A stretch of 64,000 nucleotides of DNA, taken from contig NC_087472.1 of assembly GCF_036321535.1 (NCBI RefSeq), forward strand, positions 91,700,001 to 91,764,000. The letters run 5' to 3'. Origin of the DNA: Camelus dromedarius (Eukaryota). Shown here piece by piece: positions 38,837 to 52,516 of the stretch. Under the pieces are notes generated by a model, which was given only the letters and a program-made list of their open reading frames with translations, was not told the origin of the DNA and did no database searches. Position numbers and translations under genes: made by a program. The number at the start of each line of letters is the position of its first letter. Within the stretch, counting starts at the first letter, position 1.

Positions 38837-39416
38837 TGAGGCGGGAAACCCCCATAAAAAGACCGGCAGGACCCCTAGGCAGGGCCGCTGCTCTCCTCCG
38901 AGCACCGTCCGGTTCCCTGGCCCAGAGGCTCTATGTCACTTTTTGCCTCTAAAGCGGCTAACTTACACCTAAAATTCTATTGGTTCCCTGAGCTCACTTC
39001 TGATCGGTTATTTCCTTCACTCCTGATTGGCTATTACTCTCATTTCTGATTGGTCCACTTCCCTAACTTCTGATTGCTCCATTTGTAGTACTTCATTTGC
39101 ATGGAACTCACTCCTGATTGGTTATTTCTCTCACTCCTGATTGGTCTATTTCTACAAAGCTTGTTCCTGGTTGGTCAACTTCTGTTATACTTTATTTGCA
39201 TATGATGTTGCAAAGTGTAAAACTGGCAGCCTATAAAAGGCCTGTGTAAACCTACAAATGGGGTCCCAGAGCTTGGAGTGTTAACTCCTCTGGGCCTGCT
39301 GGTGTAATAAACCTGAGTTCTCCAACTCTCTGAGTGCTGCTTGGTCTCTCGCCTGGATCCAGGTTGCTGTCACAACTGAGCTGTAACACCAAGCTGTAAC
39401 ACATTTTTCCGCAGCA
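38837..39416 (+). mobile_element. ERV1-type solo LTR with intact promoter architecture
   Basis: TG...CA termini with a 4-bp TSD CTAT (38833-38836, 39417-39420). Repeated ATTGG boxes, TATAAAA at 39232, AATAAA at 39306, and a duplicated GCTGTAACAC in U5. CpGs are retained. Confidence 0.85.
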
Positions 39417-39907
39417 CTATTTCACCCAAGTCAACATTAATGGAACATCTAACATGTGCCAGGCTCTGCGCTAGGTGCTGGTGATAACAAGCGGAGTGTC
39501 ACGCTGCTGACAAGGAGACCAGTGCATAAACAGACAGACAGAAATTTGTGGAACTGAGAAGAGGGAAAATAAGAGTCTTCACTGGTGAGATAAGAGCTTT
39601 TGGGGGCTGTATATTGAAGAATTAATGAATACGGCATGATTCCACAAATGGGGAAGGGACAAGGTGAAATTTCAAGCAAAAGCAGTAATCAGTGCAAAGA
39701 CTGCAATTATTAACAGAGTTAAGACAGTACAAAAATCATAAAACCAGTAACTTCAGTAAGTAACAAATTACCATAAATATGTGTTGATGTGTTGGGAACA
39801 GAAGCTATTTTCTATCAATTCTCAGTGTCTAGTACAGAGCAGGCCACAGAGTAGGGATTTAATAAGTGTTGAATGAGTGGTCATTAGTGCCTTTTAAAAA
39901 AAGTTTT

Positions 39908-40174
39908 ATTTATTTATTTTACATTTTTTTTTGAATTATAATAGTCAGTTTACAATGCTGTGTCAAATTCTAGTGTAGAGCACAATTTTTCAGTTATACA
40001 TGAACATACATATATTCATTGTCACATTTTTTTTCGCTGTGAGCTACCACAAGATCTTGTATATATTTCCCTGTGCTATACAGTATAATCATGTTCATCT
40101 ATTCTGCATATGCCTGTCAGTATCTACAAATTTTGAACTCCCAGGGGTGTGGGAAGGGAAAGACTGGGAGTTCG
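39908..40174 (-). mobile_element. Short young L1 3' end with 5' inversion
   Basis: Poly-T and the reverse 3'UTR shared with the L1 at 43764-45773, then a plus-oriented piece GGGGTGTGGGAAGGGAAAGACTGGGAGTTCG. Near-TSD AAAAA(A/T)GTTTT at 39897-39907 and 40175-40185. Confidence 0.85.
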
Positions 40175-41766
40175 AAAAATGTTTTTTATAATTTTATGAT
40201 GTAGGCACACCATAAATTTTGAAGTGACCTGTAGAACTTAGTCTTTACCAAAATGAGTTGGACTACATAAGAAATACGATAATTTAGTTGACAGTGAAGG
40301 AGTATTGATGAAACATAGTAAGTTAGGATTTTTGATGTGGTAGCCTCACATCTTAGGTCTAAACATTTAGAAGTAGGAGGCATCAAATAATCTTCAGATC
40401 CCTACCCACCTTATACGCAACCATCCCTTTAACATTAATTGGTAAGTGCTCTATGGGGTCATGTAGCACTTACTCTGGGAATTCTCTGAGTTGTCCCCAC
40501 TCTGCCTGAGACCAGCAAAAGAAGTTATTATGAGAGTCCCTCAGGAACTATGCCTGAGCTGCACCGTCCTTGTCAGAGAGCCTGCTACATATTTAAAGAA
40601 TATACCAGATATCCTTTGATATACACAAGCTTCCACCACAGACACACTGGTGTGTATACAGAGTGTGTTATGTTACGGGACTCTGCTGCTTCTTTTTTGA
40701 GAAAGAAACCTTTTGGAACCATAGATGCCGCAGTTTAAGAGAAAGAGGCTAACACTTCTCCACCTGACACACACCTACCTGTCCTGGCTGACAGTGCCAT
40801 CAATAAAACTTAAGACAGCCCTACAAAGGGAAAGAGGAGTGGCACATACAAAAAGAACAAGCTATCAGCGAGGCGCTCTCTAAGAAAAGCAACAAGCTTG
40901 GTATGTTTTAGAGACTGGGTAATGAGAAGGCCAGAGGAGCAAAATGAAAAGAGAACTGTTGGAGGAATGTTCAATAATGCATTTGCTCAGATCCACAGAT
41001 TGGAAGCTCTCAAACACTATGGTGCAAATTAAAGATATGCCAGGCAAAGGAAATTAATTATTAACAAAGTCAAGGCAGCATAGGAATCATAAGATTAGTG
41101 ATTCCAATTTTAAAGTGAAAAAATTACAAATAAACTATATCCATAATGTAATGAGAGGAAGCAGTAGTAATTTCATAGCTCCTCTAATGCCACCCCACTG
41201 AGAACTCAAATTCCTCCAAATTGTCCTCCCACTTTCCTCCAAAGTCATTAAGATTTTGTTTTGTCATTGCTCAATCATAAGTTTTTAAGTTATTTTTGTA
41301 TTTGGAAGTTCAGGGAAAACTCTATGTGAATATAGTAAAGTCTCTTATAATTTGATAAAATATAAAGTGAACACATAAGAACTCAGTTTATCATAGAAAT
41401 AATTAAGCAACACGATGTGAATGGAACAGGAAGAATATGGGGAATGAGAGTACAGATTCTTTAGGGACCAGCGCACAGGGACTGGGCACTTCCAATGGGA
41501 ACTGGAATTAAAAAGAGGTTCATCAACTGCTGAAGACTTTGCCTGAAGCTGAAAGAGAAGAACTAACTGTCCCGGCTTCTGCCATCATACTGTCCTCCAG
41601 TTTCTTCTCAGTGCCCTTCATTGGCTGTCCCTAACCAGAATCCATAAGGCAAGGGGTCCTGGGGAATGTAGTGTGTGAAAATAAGTGCCCTGAAACAGAG
41701 AAAAGAGGAGAAAAAGAGCAAGAGTTGCATCTGAGCAAGCAAGCAAATGACTAGAAGAGGGAAACT

Positions 41767-42400
41767 ATAGTGGTTTTAAAACATGTTCATAAATTCTTTG
41801 ACACTCCTACTACCAAAAGTGGAATCCAGTTCCCCTTCTCTTGAATATGGCTGGCCTCAGTGACTTGTTTCTAAGGAATAGAATGTAGCAAAAAGTGACT
41901 GCATAAATTCATAAGAGAAGGTATAGCTTCTACCTTGTTCATTTCTTTCTCTCTCTCTTTCTCTCCACCCCACCCCTCATCCTTGGAACCCAGGTTCTGT
42001 GAGGGGCAATCCAACGGAGGAAATTTAATATAGGGAAATAATTTCAAATAGTAGTTTGTAAAAGAACTGAAAAATTAAACAGAGGCCAGAGAGGCAGTCT
42101 AGGGATTAGCAACAGCCAAGCAAAGATGAACAGAGGACCCATGTGGGTGTTCTGGTCACAGCCCCAGCTCAAGTTTCAACTGACAGATGGCACTGAAGGC
42201 AAGACAAGTGAGGGAGCAAACCTTTAGATGATTCTAACCCCAGTATTTGAGACACCTCTGCTGATGTCACATGGAACCGAGACAAGCTTCCCCCACTGAG
42301 ACCTGCCCAAATTGTAGATTCATGAGCTAAATAAATATTGCCATTGTTTAAGCCACTAAGTGGTGTGGTGGGCTGTTAAACAGCAATGGATAACCCCAAC
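41767..42400 (+). mobile_element. MaLR LTR (MLT1F-like) within older LTR debris
   Basis: AAATTCTTTGACACTCCT..CCTTCTCTTGAATATGG..GTGACTTGTTTC..AATAGAATGTAGCA start and TGTTTAAGCCACTAAG..CAGCAATGGATAAC..AACA end. Confidence 0.75.
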
Positions 42401-43763
42401 AGGATCTGAGAGCAAACAAGCCCATGACTAGCACAATACCATTCTCATTTTCTCATTTCGGCTTCAGCTAACATTTGAAGGTCTCAGTCAAAGCCAACCA
42501 CACTTAAACTTTATGGCCGTTTTGATATTTATTGGCCAGTGTTACTGGCAGTAAAAACAATTTTTCAACTCATTAATTCTGATTATACTTCCAAAGGATG
42601 AATGATTGTTCATGGAAGCTATGGTTTATTTCTCCATTTAGAAGAACTTCCAAATAAAAGTGTTGACAGAGCTTGGTCTCCTAATAGGAAATTTAAGATT
42701 TTGAAATCTTAATTACCCATGTGAAATTCAATTTAATTTACTACTATTAACCATTAATTTGAAATAAGGGCCAGCTCATTGACAAAAGAAATACTTATCT
42801 ATTTGAAGAGCATTACTGCATAAGAGATTAATTTGATAATTGTTTGTGGCATTTATTTTGTATGTTGCCCTTGTATAGTCATGGGAAAAATGTAGAGTAA
42901 AAGATGGATGAGAGGGAGAGAAAATAGGGAAAAGAGTAGAAGAATGAGAGAGAAAAAAGTGGAAGGTGAGGGCAAAGGAGAGAGAGCGAAGCACAACATT
43001 AAAGAATAAGAATCTCGATACAGATCTACACTCACAAGCATGCTGAGTCAATGGCCCTTTCACACGATGGCAGTGTTTTGTCAGTGGAAGAGAAGAATAT
43101 AAACATAATTGGTACATTTCCCAATATGTCTTTGGAGACAACAGATTCAGGATGGTTTGCTGGTAAACATACCAGATGGAGGCAGGAGACCAAAGTGTGC
43201 CACCAACAAGCCATGTGACAGTTAGGTCACTTATTGTTTTTGTGGAGCAAAAGAAATGTTAGACTGATAAAAACTGATACATAACAACTTGTCCTAGCAT
43301 GGTAACTTCCTGCACACCTCACTGTGAATTCTAGAGTAGCAACTCTGACACCATCTGTTTTGTTTATTTTGATTTGTATTCACATAAAAGTAAAGGAAAA
43401 CTGCCTTCCATATTTTTGTCCCAAATATTTTAAAAACGAGAGAAATGGAGAACCTAATTATCCACACCCTGCTTTCATACAAAAAAAAATGAAGATCTTT
43501 AACATTTCTTATAGTACAGATCTGATTAATAATTCTTTAAGCCTCAATTTATTTAAAGTATCTTTATTTAACCTTTTAAGAATATTTTCACTAAATACAG
43601 AATTCTACATGGACTCTTCCTTTCCTTCAGCACTTTAACAAAACCATTCCAATGTTTTCTAGTTTCCACTGTTTCTGATAAGAAGTAATTTATCATTATC
43701 ATCATTTCACTACATGGAATGTGCCTTTTTCCTTTGGCTGATTTTAAGGTTTTTCTATCTTTT

Positions 43764-45773
43764 TTTTAAGATTTTTTAATTGAGTTATAGTCATTTTTAC
43801 AATGTTGTGTCAAATTCCACTGTAGACCACAATTTCTCAGTTATACATGAACATACATATATTCATTGTCACATTTTTTTTCGCTGTGAGCTACCACAAG
43901 ATCTTGTATATATTTCCCTGTGCTATACAGTATAATCTTGTTTATCTATTCTGCATATGCCTGTCAGTATCTACAAATTTTGAAATCGCAGTCTGTCCCT
44001 TCCCACCCCCCACCCCCTTGGCAACCACAACTTTGTATTCTATGTCTATGAGTCTGTTTCTGTTTTGTATTTATGTTCTTTTTTTTTTTTTTAATATTCC
44101 ACACATGAGCGATCTCATATGGTATTTTGCTTTCTCTCTCTGGCTTACTTCACTTAGAATGACATTCTCCAGGGACATCCATGTTGCTGCAAATGGTGTT
44201 ATGTTGTCGTTTTTTATGGCTGAACAGTATTCCATTGTATGAATATACCAGTGCTTCTTTATCCAGTCATCTGTTGATGGACATTTAGGCTGTTTCCATG
44301 TCTTGGCTATTGTAAATAGTGCTGCTATGAACACTGGAGTGCAGGTGTCTTTCTGAGTAGGGTTCCTTCGGGATGTATGCCCAGGAGTGGGATTCCTGGG
44401 TCATATGGTAAGTCTATTCCTAGTGTTTTGAGGAATCTCCATACTGTTTTCCACAGTGGCTGCACCAAACTGCATTCCCACCAGCAGTGTAGGAGGGTTC
44501 CCTTTTCTCCACAGGCTCTCCAGCATTTGTCATTTGTGGGCTTTTGAATGATGGCCATTCTCACTGGTGTGAGGTGATACATCACTGTAATTTTGATTTG
44601 CATTTCTCTGATAATTAGTGATATTGAGCATTTTGATATTGCTGATATTGATCATTTGTATGTCTTCCTTGGAAAACTGCTTGTTTAGGTTTTTTGCCCT
44701 TTTTTTCATTTGGGTTGTTCATTTTTTTCTTATTAAGTCTTATGAGCTGCTTATATATTCTGGAGGTCAAGCCTTTGTCAGTTTCATCATTTGCAAAAAT
44801 TTTCTCCCATTCCGTAGGTTGTCATTTTGTTTTACTTATGGTTTCCTTTGCTGTGCAGAAGCTTGTAAGTTTAATTAGGTCCCATTTGTTTATTCTTGCT
44901 TTTATTTCTATTGCTTGAGTAGACTGTTCTAGGAGAACATTTTTGAGATCTATGTCAGATAATGTTTTGCCTATATTTTCTTCTAGGAGGTTTATTGTAT
45001 CTTGTCTTATGTTTAAGTCTTTGATCCATTTTGAGTTTATTTTTGTGTACGGTGTAAGGGAATGTTCTAGCTTCATTGCTTTACATGCTGCTGTCCAGTT
45101 TTCCCAACTCCATTTGCTGAAGAGACTGTCTTTATTCCATTGTATCTTCTTGCCTCCTTTGTCGAAGATGAGTTGACCAAAAGTTTGTGGGTTCATTTCT
45201 GGGCTCTCTGTTCTGTTCCATTGGTCTATATGTCTGTTTTGGTACCAATACCATGCTGTCTTGATGACTGCAGCTCTATAGTATTGTCTGAAGTCTGGGA
45301 GAGTTATTCCTCCAGCCTCTTTCTTTCTCTTCAGTAATGCTTTGGCAATTCTAGGTCTTTGATGGTTCCATATAAATTTTATTATGATTTGTTCTACTTC
45401 TGTGAAATATGTCATGGGTAATTTGATAGGGATTGCATTAAATCTGTAGATTGCCTTGGGCAGTGTGACCATTTTAATATATTGATTCTTCCAATCCAGC
45501 AACATGGGATATCTTTCCATTTTTTTAAGTCTTCTTTAATTCCCTTAAGCAGTGTTTTATAGTTCTCTGTGTATAAGTCTTTCACCTCCTTGATTAGATT
45601 TATTCCTAGGTATTTTATTACTTTGGGTGCTATTTTAAAGGGGATTGTTTGTTTCTTTACTTTCTTTTCCTGTTGATTCATCATTAGTGTAAAGAAATGC
45701 AACTGATTTTTGAACATTAATCTTGTAACTTGCTGAATTCTTCTATTACTTCTAGTAGTTTTTGTTTGGACCT
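43764..45773 (-). mobile_element. 5'-truncated young L1 (about 2 kb; disrupted ORF2 C-terminal region), nested in an old L1 (about 43480-46330)
   Basis: ORF 44822-45520 ([41 protein letters not shown]) and adjacent frameshifted ORF2 pieces. Approximate TSD ..TATCTTTT on both sides. Confidence 0.95.
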
Positions 45774-47819
45774 CTTTTTATCTTTTGCTTTTAGGAGTTT
45801 GACTATGATGTGTCTGTGGTTTTATTCTTATTTATGTTGCTTGGAATTTACTGAACTTCCTAAATTAGTGTGTTGATGTTTTTTCTTCAAATTTGGAGTC
45901 ATTTAAAAATTTTCCTGTGCTGTTCTTTCTTTCTCTGATAATCCAACTACATATATGTTAGTACATTTAATATTGTTCCTACTAATTGATGTTCTATTTT
46001 CTCTAGATGGCTCATTTTCTGTTTACTGTTCCTTTTTTCTGTGTACAATCATATTTTTTCATTTCCTATATATTATTTTTCTAGTTCAAAAATTTTCACT
46101 TTGTTATTTTTGGAATTTTAATCTATTTTTAATTTTAGAATTCTTCTCTCTCTCTCGCATTCCCCCTTCTTTTTGTTCTTTCCACCTTTTCTTTATAAAT
46201 TATTTAACAAATTTATTATAGTTGTTTTAAAGTATTTATCTGCTAGTTTCTAACTCTGTCATCTGTGTGCCTGTTTTCATTGACTGCTATTTTTATATTT
46301 CCTGGTTGTTTACATTTTCCTTCTTAATATTTTTATTGCTTGCCAAACTTTGAATATAAAAGAAGGCAGAAAACTGAATTATAATATTTCTGCATTTTGT
46401 TTAATTTTTCCTGGAAACAGTCACTCATTTCATCTAAAAGGCAGCTAAGCCACGCACTTGTAATTCAGATTCAACCAAGAATTGTGTTGAGCTAGGGCTG
46501 TAGTGCAACTTCAATTAATTTGGTTTTACTTCTAGTTTAAAATAATAAGATTTTGCTTTTCTTTTCAGTTCCACCCTCAACTAAGGAATTAATATCTTTG
46601 CTATTGTTAAGATTTAAGCTAGGAGGATATTAGTTTGCAACTTTAACTTTTAAATTGAACTTTGAATTCATCTCCACCAAAGCCCTAAAATCTGAGCACC
46701 AGAACAGTATACAAATTCTCTCTGCTTTCCAGTTTTATCTCCACTGAGTACTCTACCTTCTCCACTGCTTACCCAGCAAAATGTTCAAGGCATGAAATGG
46801 AATTCTTCCAAGATAGGACCAAGCGATTTATTTTTTCATTTTTGGCTTTTCCAAATCCCAGTCCACTTTGCTATCCAACCATGTCACTAAATGCTCAGGT
46901 GTAGTTTCCTTGTCCTTCAAATTCTCTGTCATCTCCATCAGGCCTACTCCTCTGACTATCCACACTCTTCTTAGCACTCGCCTCCAAGTATGGAAGTTAA
47001 CTGTGGCTGTTTGTTCACCAGTGAAAAGCACATCCCTCTCTGGAACTCAGCTGATTAATGCTTCTCAGTATGCACTGTTATTCAATGGCTTTAAAGATGT
47101 GTATAAGTATGATTATTTACTGTATCTAGTTCGTAATTGTTGTTACCACATGGTGGTTCACATCCTTCTACAATCTGATCAGGACTGGCATGTCAAAATA
47201 GATGAATGAACTTCTAGAAAAGGCCATAGGTTGAGAGAATAGAAGCAGTTGGAGGGTCACAAAATCTGAAAATTAAGTGCTTTTCAGTACCAAAGTCAAA
47301 ATATATCCTATAAAAGATAAATTTAAGAAGACCACATGATGATGATTAAAGAATCACTTTTTCTCCCTTAAGTTTTATAAAGATCCCAAAGGCTAATAGA
47401 CAGAGATAAGTCAGAGGAGAGGCAAAAGTTTTCAACTCTGTGTCTCCCAAGGAGGTCTAATTCTGCTCTGACACACTCCCCTCAACAGAATCCTACGTGG
47501 GATGATAAATCCCTAGACCATGTGGAAACCTGAATACCAAGGAGCCTAATGCCTAGTTCTCATGTGAAATTTCACAGATACTTGCCAATGCCAGAACAGT
47601 GGGGCAGCCACAGAGAAGTAGTGGCAGTCAGCCACACCTAGGCAGTCAGGACCTGAGACAGGCAATGAGTCCCTTGCAGACCACAAAAGTTGCATTTTAA
47701 ATACCCAAGAGAACTTTTGAAAATTGGACATATGCTGAGAGACATGTGCGAACGGGAGTATTGAGATCACAGAATATATGAAGTCATATGTGGAAGAAAT
47801 TGGTAAGAGTTCACCAATA

Positions 47820-48450
47820 CTAATGTGCTCCTTAACATTTCCCAGACTCTCTTGCAGTTAGTTTTGCCATGGGACTAGTTCTGGCAAAAGGATATTAGCA
47901 GAAGTGGTATGAATCACTTCTGGACAAGTTGACTAAGTTTTAGGTGTGACATTAGAGACTACCTACAACACATGAGGAAAAGGAAATAGATTCTTCCATC
48001 ACTATTTGAAAGAAAGCTGCCCAGTAAAGTCCAGACCAGGAATAACTACATTAGAGTTTACGTAAGCAAAATATACATTTTCATTCTTGTAAGCCACTAA
48101 GATTTCATGTTTTATTTATTAATTAAAAATAGCTTAGATTAACGTTATTCAAAATGTGGTCTACACTGGTTAAGTTCTCATCTGCCAATTGCTTGACACC
48201 AATCTATTATAAAATTAAGTACAAAATGGAAAGCTTTTAGAAACTTTTATAGCAATTTGAATGAGAAATTTTATATCTATTGAGTTAAATAAAAAGCAAA
48301 TCCAGATTTGTATTGTCTTTTTCTTGACTTTTTAAAAATTTCACTCTTCTTGTAATTTATCTTCATTGTATTTCACCAAAGTATTGGTCTGTGATAGACT
48401 GAAAATAATTAAAGCTGGTTCTTCAGCACTAAGAGTTTGATAAACACTGG
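47820..48450. mobile_element. MLT1-type LTR fragment followed by a hAT-Charlie-like MITE
   Basis: ACATTTCCCAGACTCTCTTGCAGTTAG..CCATGGGACTAGTTCTGGC and TAAGCCACTAAGATTT (MLT1). TCAAAATGTGGTC ... AGTTTGATAAACACTG (Charlie-like ends). Confidence 0.55.
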
Positions 48451-50293
48451 CTATTCTATCCTAATATATAAAAGCAAAAATAAGAATGTCTTAGAAGAAT
48501 AACAAAATAGATTTAGAAGGACTGAACACTAGATATTTTAGTCTGAAAGAAAGACATAACATAGGCCTCTTGCAAGTTAGATGCTTCCTGTGCAAATACA
48601 GAAGAAAACTGTATGAATTAACTATTTTTAATCTTGAAATAATTATGTAAACAGCATTTCCTACGATTCTATTTTCTACCTTGAAATAAAATAGTACTGT
48701 GGGATAGGAAATAAGTTCAGTCATAGAGAAAGCAAGTGAAATGTCCATACCTCATCTCACCACTTGGCTTTAAGACTAGAATAGTGGTAGAGACAGTCAG
48801 ATATGAGCTTCCTGAGAGGGTATTTCTTGATTAATAAGTTATGCAAGCTTCCTTTTCTCCTACTTCTCCCAAAAGGCACCTCTCATCATCTGCATGCAAG
48901 AAGGATGACAGTCATCTTCCCCTGTTCACTTGCGTTGTTGATGACTTCTTATGATAAGGCAATTATAACAATGTGAAATCTCATGAGATTTTTAAGCTGT
49001 GCATCCTTACATTTCCTTATAATCAGGCAGTTCTAACACTGAATTCTACTGGGGCCTTAGCTGCCCGCCTTCACTTGTCCTTATGAAAATGCAGTTATAA
49101 TGCTGTGAAACCTTGAAAATTTTTAAGTTGACATTCTCACCTACCCTCAATAAAGAGCTCAAGTGATCCATCAGGAAGATTTTCATTGTGTTGAATTTGT
49201 GATGGTTGACTTGGCATCACTGCTTCCAGGCCCTCTGAAGTCACGGAACTATGTTTCTTAGCACCACCTTCACTCTATAGACCTACGGTAGAGTTTACTA
49301 ATCAAAGGAACTCTTGTGAAAATTGGGAGGTAGAAATTAAACAGAAGCCATTCTTGCTCAATACATCATGACAATCAGAGGAGCAGGTATCTAGTTCCAT
49401 ACCACTCTGCAAACTCTCACTTTGTGCCATTAGAAGTTTCTTGGACTTCTCCAGGATTGGCAGCTTCTACACTCACTCCATGGCTTCAGATTGATGTCAC
49501 AACTGCTGTTTCTCTGACCCCTCAGCTGCATTCATCCAGACCTTCACTCCCCCTGTTCCCATATTAATCCCTAATTGATATATTAAACCTCTTATTTCCT
49601 TAATTCTTACAGTGAATTTTTAAGTTCTTAAACCATACTGATACTCAAAATTTCCAAGTAATAGCAACCCTGTTATCTCAAAAAATGTATATCAACATAA
49701 ATGATGTTGACAAAAGTTATTGCAAAGATGCACTGTGAACTGTGTCACTAATTATTAAGATACCACACATGTGTTCAGCTTCTAGCCATAGTTACTGCAC
49801 TAGGTTGTAAAACAAGTGAGACACATTGAAGAGGCATCCAGACATCTCTCTCCCAAATGGGAGTTTCTTTCAGATCATGATCATTTAACAACAGATGACA
49901 CAGTACAGAGTTGAACCCTATGATATTGCTGGTATTTGACAATTCTGACCTAGAGAAACAAAAATGTCTTATGGTTTAACCTAAGGCTATGACGATCTCT
50001 TCATTCTAATGGAATTTCAGTGGAGAGTGTACCATTTTTTTCTCATCTAGGAATGGTGACTTCTCTTCACAGAATCTATACTTTGTAAGCAGGCAGTATT
50101 TGCTGAGAGTATGCATGAAATTATAACTCCCTGAATTCAGATGAGAAATCTATGTATTTTAACCCAAAGCAGCAGTGCCCTCAACCACAGGTGATTTCAC
50201 TTTTTAAATATATATTAGCGTTCAAGGACTGATGCTGTTAGGAAAACTCATTCCTCAAAAATGCTAAGATCTCATCAGATGTCTGTCCCAGGT

Positions 50294-50550
50294 CAGGGTT
50301 TCTCTTCCTTGGCACCACTGACATTTTGATCCAGATAATACTTGTTGTGAATGGGGGATGGGAGGACGCAGGGTGTGGAAGCTGTCCTATGCATTGTAGG
50401 TTTAACAGTATTCAGGCATCTATCCGCAGATTGCAGTAGCATCTCTGAGTTTTGACAACCAAGAGGGGATCTGGACATTGCCAAATGCTCCCCCTGAACC
50501 AGGGGAAGGGGAGGGGGCAGGAGGGAATCATCCATGGTTTAGAAACACTC
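50294..50550. mobile_element. hAT-Charlie MITE MER20
   Basis: CAGGGTTTCTC..TTGGCACCACTGACATTTTGATCCAGATAATACTTGTTGTG..CTGTCCTATGCATTGTAGG..GACATTGCCAAATG. Confidence 0.85.
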
Positions 50551-52471
50551 TCCCAGATAAAAGAGAAATATTATGTTGAGAAGAGTTTAAGGTCTCTCTA
50601 CTATCAGCTTGTATTTCAATCTTCTACCTTACATTTGGTTTTCCTTCAGGAAAAACTGAAATCTCAACATCTCAGTAAGGATACTGAATGTTACCAAACT
50701 ATGTAAGATGTGCCCCCCAAAACTATTTTAAGTGCATTGGCTATAAAGGATCAAAGGAGAGGCCACGTTTAATTGCTTAGGAGTGGCAATTTAGAGTGAG
50801 TTCACACTATACACTGCCGCTGCTATTTATTTTTCTTTTAAATTAGATACCATTTTCATCACCAGGAGATAACAGATTGGGTATCAATAAAATAGACTAT
50901 ACAACTGATGAGCATGTAATGATCAAAATATCTCTTTACTTTCAAATTCAGCTATAAACTACTTCTACCTTAACTCACTGAAGCATAATTTACAGGAATT
51001 CAAACCAAACACAGTGCCTAATATTGAATCACTGTGCTCCTAACTAAAACAGCATGAACTCCAACTTCTTTGTTCTCTCTCCTCTTCTCCTAAACTTTCT
51101 CTTATTTTCTGATGAATTTCAGGCTTACCATGTAAAACATGTAGCACAAGCTAACAGGGAAAACAATCACTGACCTAGCAAGAGAATAATGACACACTAC
51201 TAAACGGACCCTCTAACACAAGTGGTTCCCTAATCTAGAGAAAGCAGGCCTGTGACAGCCCAGCTGGTCCTCTCATTTCAGCTGTCTCAAAAACCAATAC
51301 TATTACTACAGCAGAACAGGCTGTCAGTGATTCCATCTGGAATGTACTTCAGTCTTTAACTTTCGTAAGTACTATATATTATCTCAAATAGACAAAATCT
51401 GGATTCGTGTATTTTATTTGCGACACATGTCTACCTAAAATAGTATGAACATAAAACACACACACACAAATCTTGCAAATCCAAGTGTTCAGACTACTTT
51501 AGCTAAAGGATATAATCACTCTCATGATCTCATTGCTCTTATCACCCTGAGATCTGATCACTATTCTGCAATGCCATTCTCATCATGAATCTGGCTCACC
51601 AAACTAGCTGATGAGGTTGAATGTCATTAGATTGATTAAGAAAAACAGTATCCTTTACATTCAAGTAAATCTATGGAGAGGCCTCCATGGATTTGGCAAT
51701 TTTATCTGCTCAGGAATTCAGCCACAGGCATTTTCCTTGACCTTCTTACCCAACCTCAATGGCATGATGCTGACTGCCCTCTCCACACTCACCAAGGAAA
51801 ACCTACTATGGGAATGTCTAGGTTGAGAGGAGCTTTATGAAGATTATACTAAACTTGAGAGTCTTTGCCATACGATGTATTATTCTAGTTTAAGGAGACC
51901 TCTGAATCAAGAATGAGAGAACAATATTTCTATTTTATAAATGGAAAAATTAAGGAACTATTTAAGGTAAAATCTTTAGCAATAACAACAAATGTACAGA
52001 AGCCTTATGAGATAAAATAGAAATAATATTTTCTACCCTAAGAATGAGAAAAAAGTGGCTGTGGGTGAATGTGGTAAATATGAACACAGTCACAATGCGA
52101 ATGGGTAGGGGACAGAACTGGGGACACATACTTAGAAATTCTGGAAATGTGTCTAGTGTTATTTCCTCCACATCATGCAGCAATAAAAGTGAATGGAGAA
52201 GTATGGTGTTTTGGTAAATAAACACTGTACACCTAGCAATAAGGTTTCATACAACTCACTCACCACAGAAGAGAAAGAAACATATCCTGTCTGGATTTCC
52301 AAGGGGCATTATCTGAAAGAAAACATCAATTTCCACCTCCTTTTGTAGAGAAGAAATAATTGCATTCATGTAAGCTTAATTCCTGAGAGTCTGACAGGGT
52401 ATGAAGGTCATGAACAGATCAAGAAGTCAAAAACACTGGAGGGTGATAATTGAATCAGTGGTGTACGTACA

Positions 52472-52474
<3 letters not shown>

Positions 52475-52514
<40 letters not shown>
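52475..52514. repeat. (AC)20 microsatellite
   Basis: Directly visible perfect dinucleotide repeat. Confidence 0.95.

Positions 52515-52516
<2 letters not shown>

Noticed and set aside
38975..39180. CRISPR-like repeat-spacer array
   Set aside because: Mammalian DNA; the units are degenerate 23-24-bp tandem enhancer repeats within an LTR, without unique spacers or cas genes.
40000..40191. Three near-identical MNIHIFIVTFFF.. ORFs (32718, 40000, 43847) as a gene family
   Set aside because: Antisense reading of the same young L1 3'UTR in three insertions.
44822..45520. Longest ORF (232 aa) as a gene
   Set aside because: L1 ORF2 C-terminal fragment in a 5'-truncated, frameshifted element with no endonuclease or complete RT domain. 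The same applies to ORFs at 26137, 32172 and 44071-44603.
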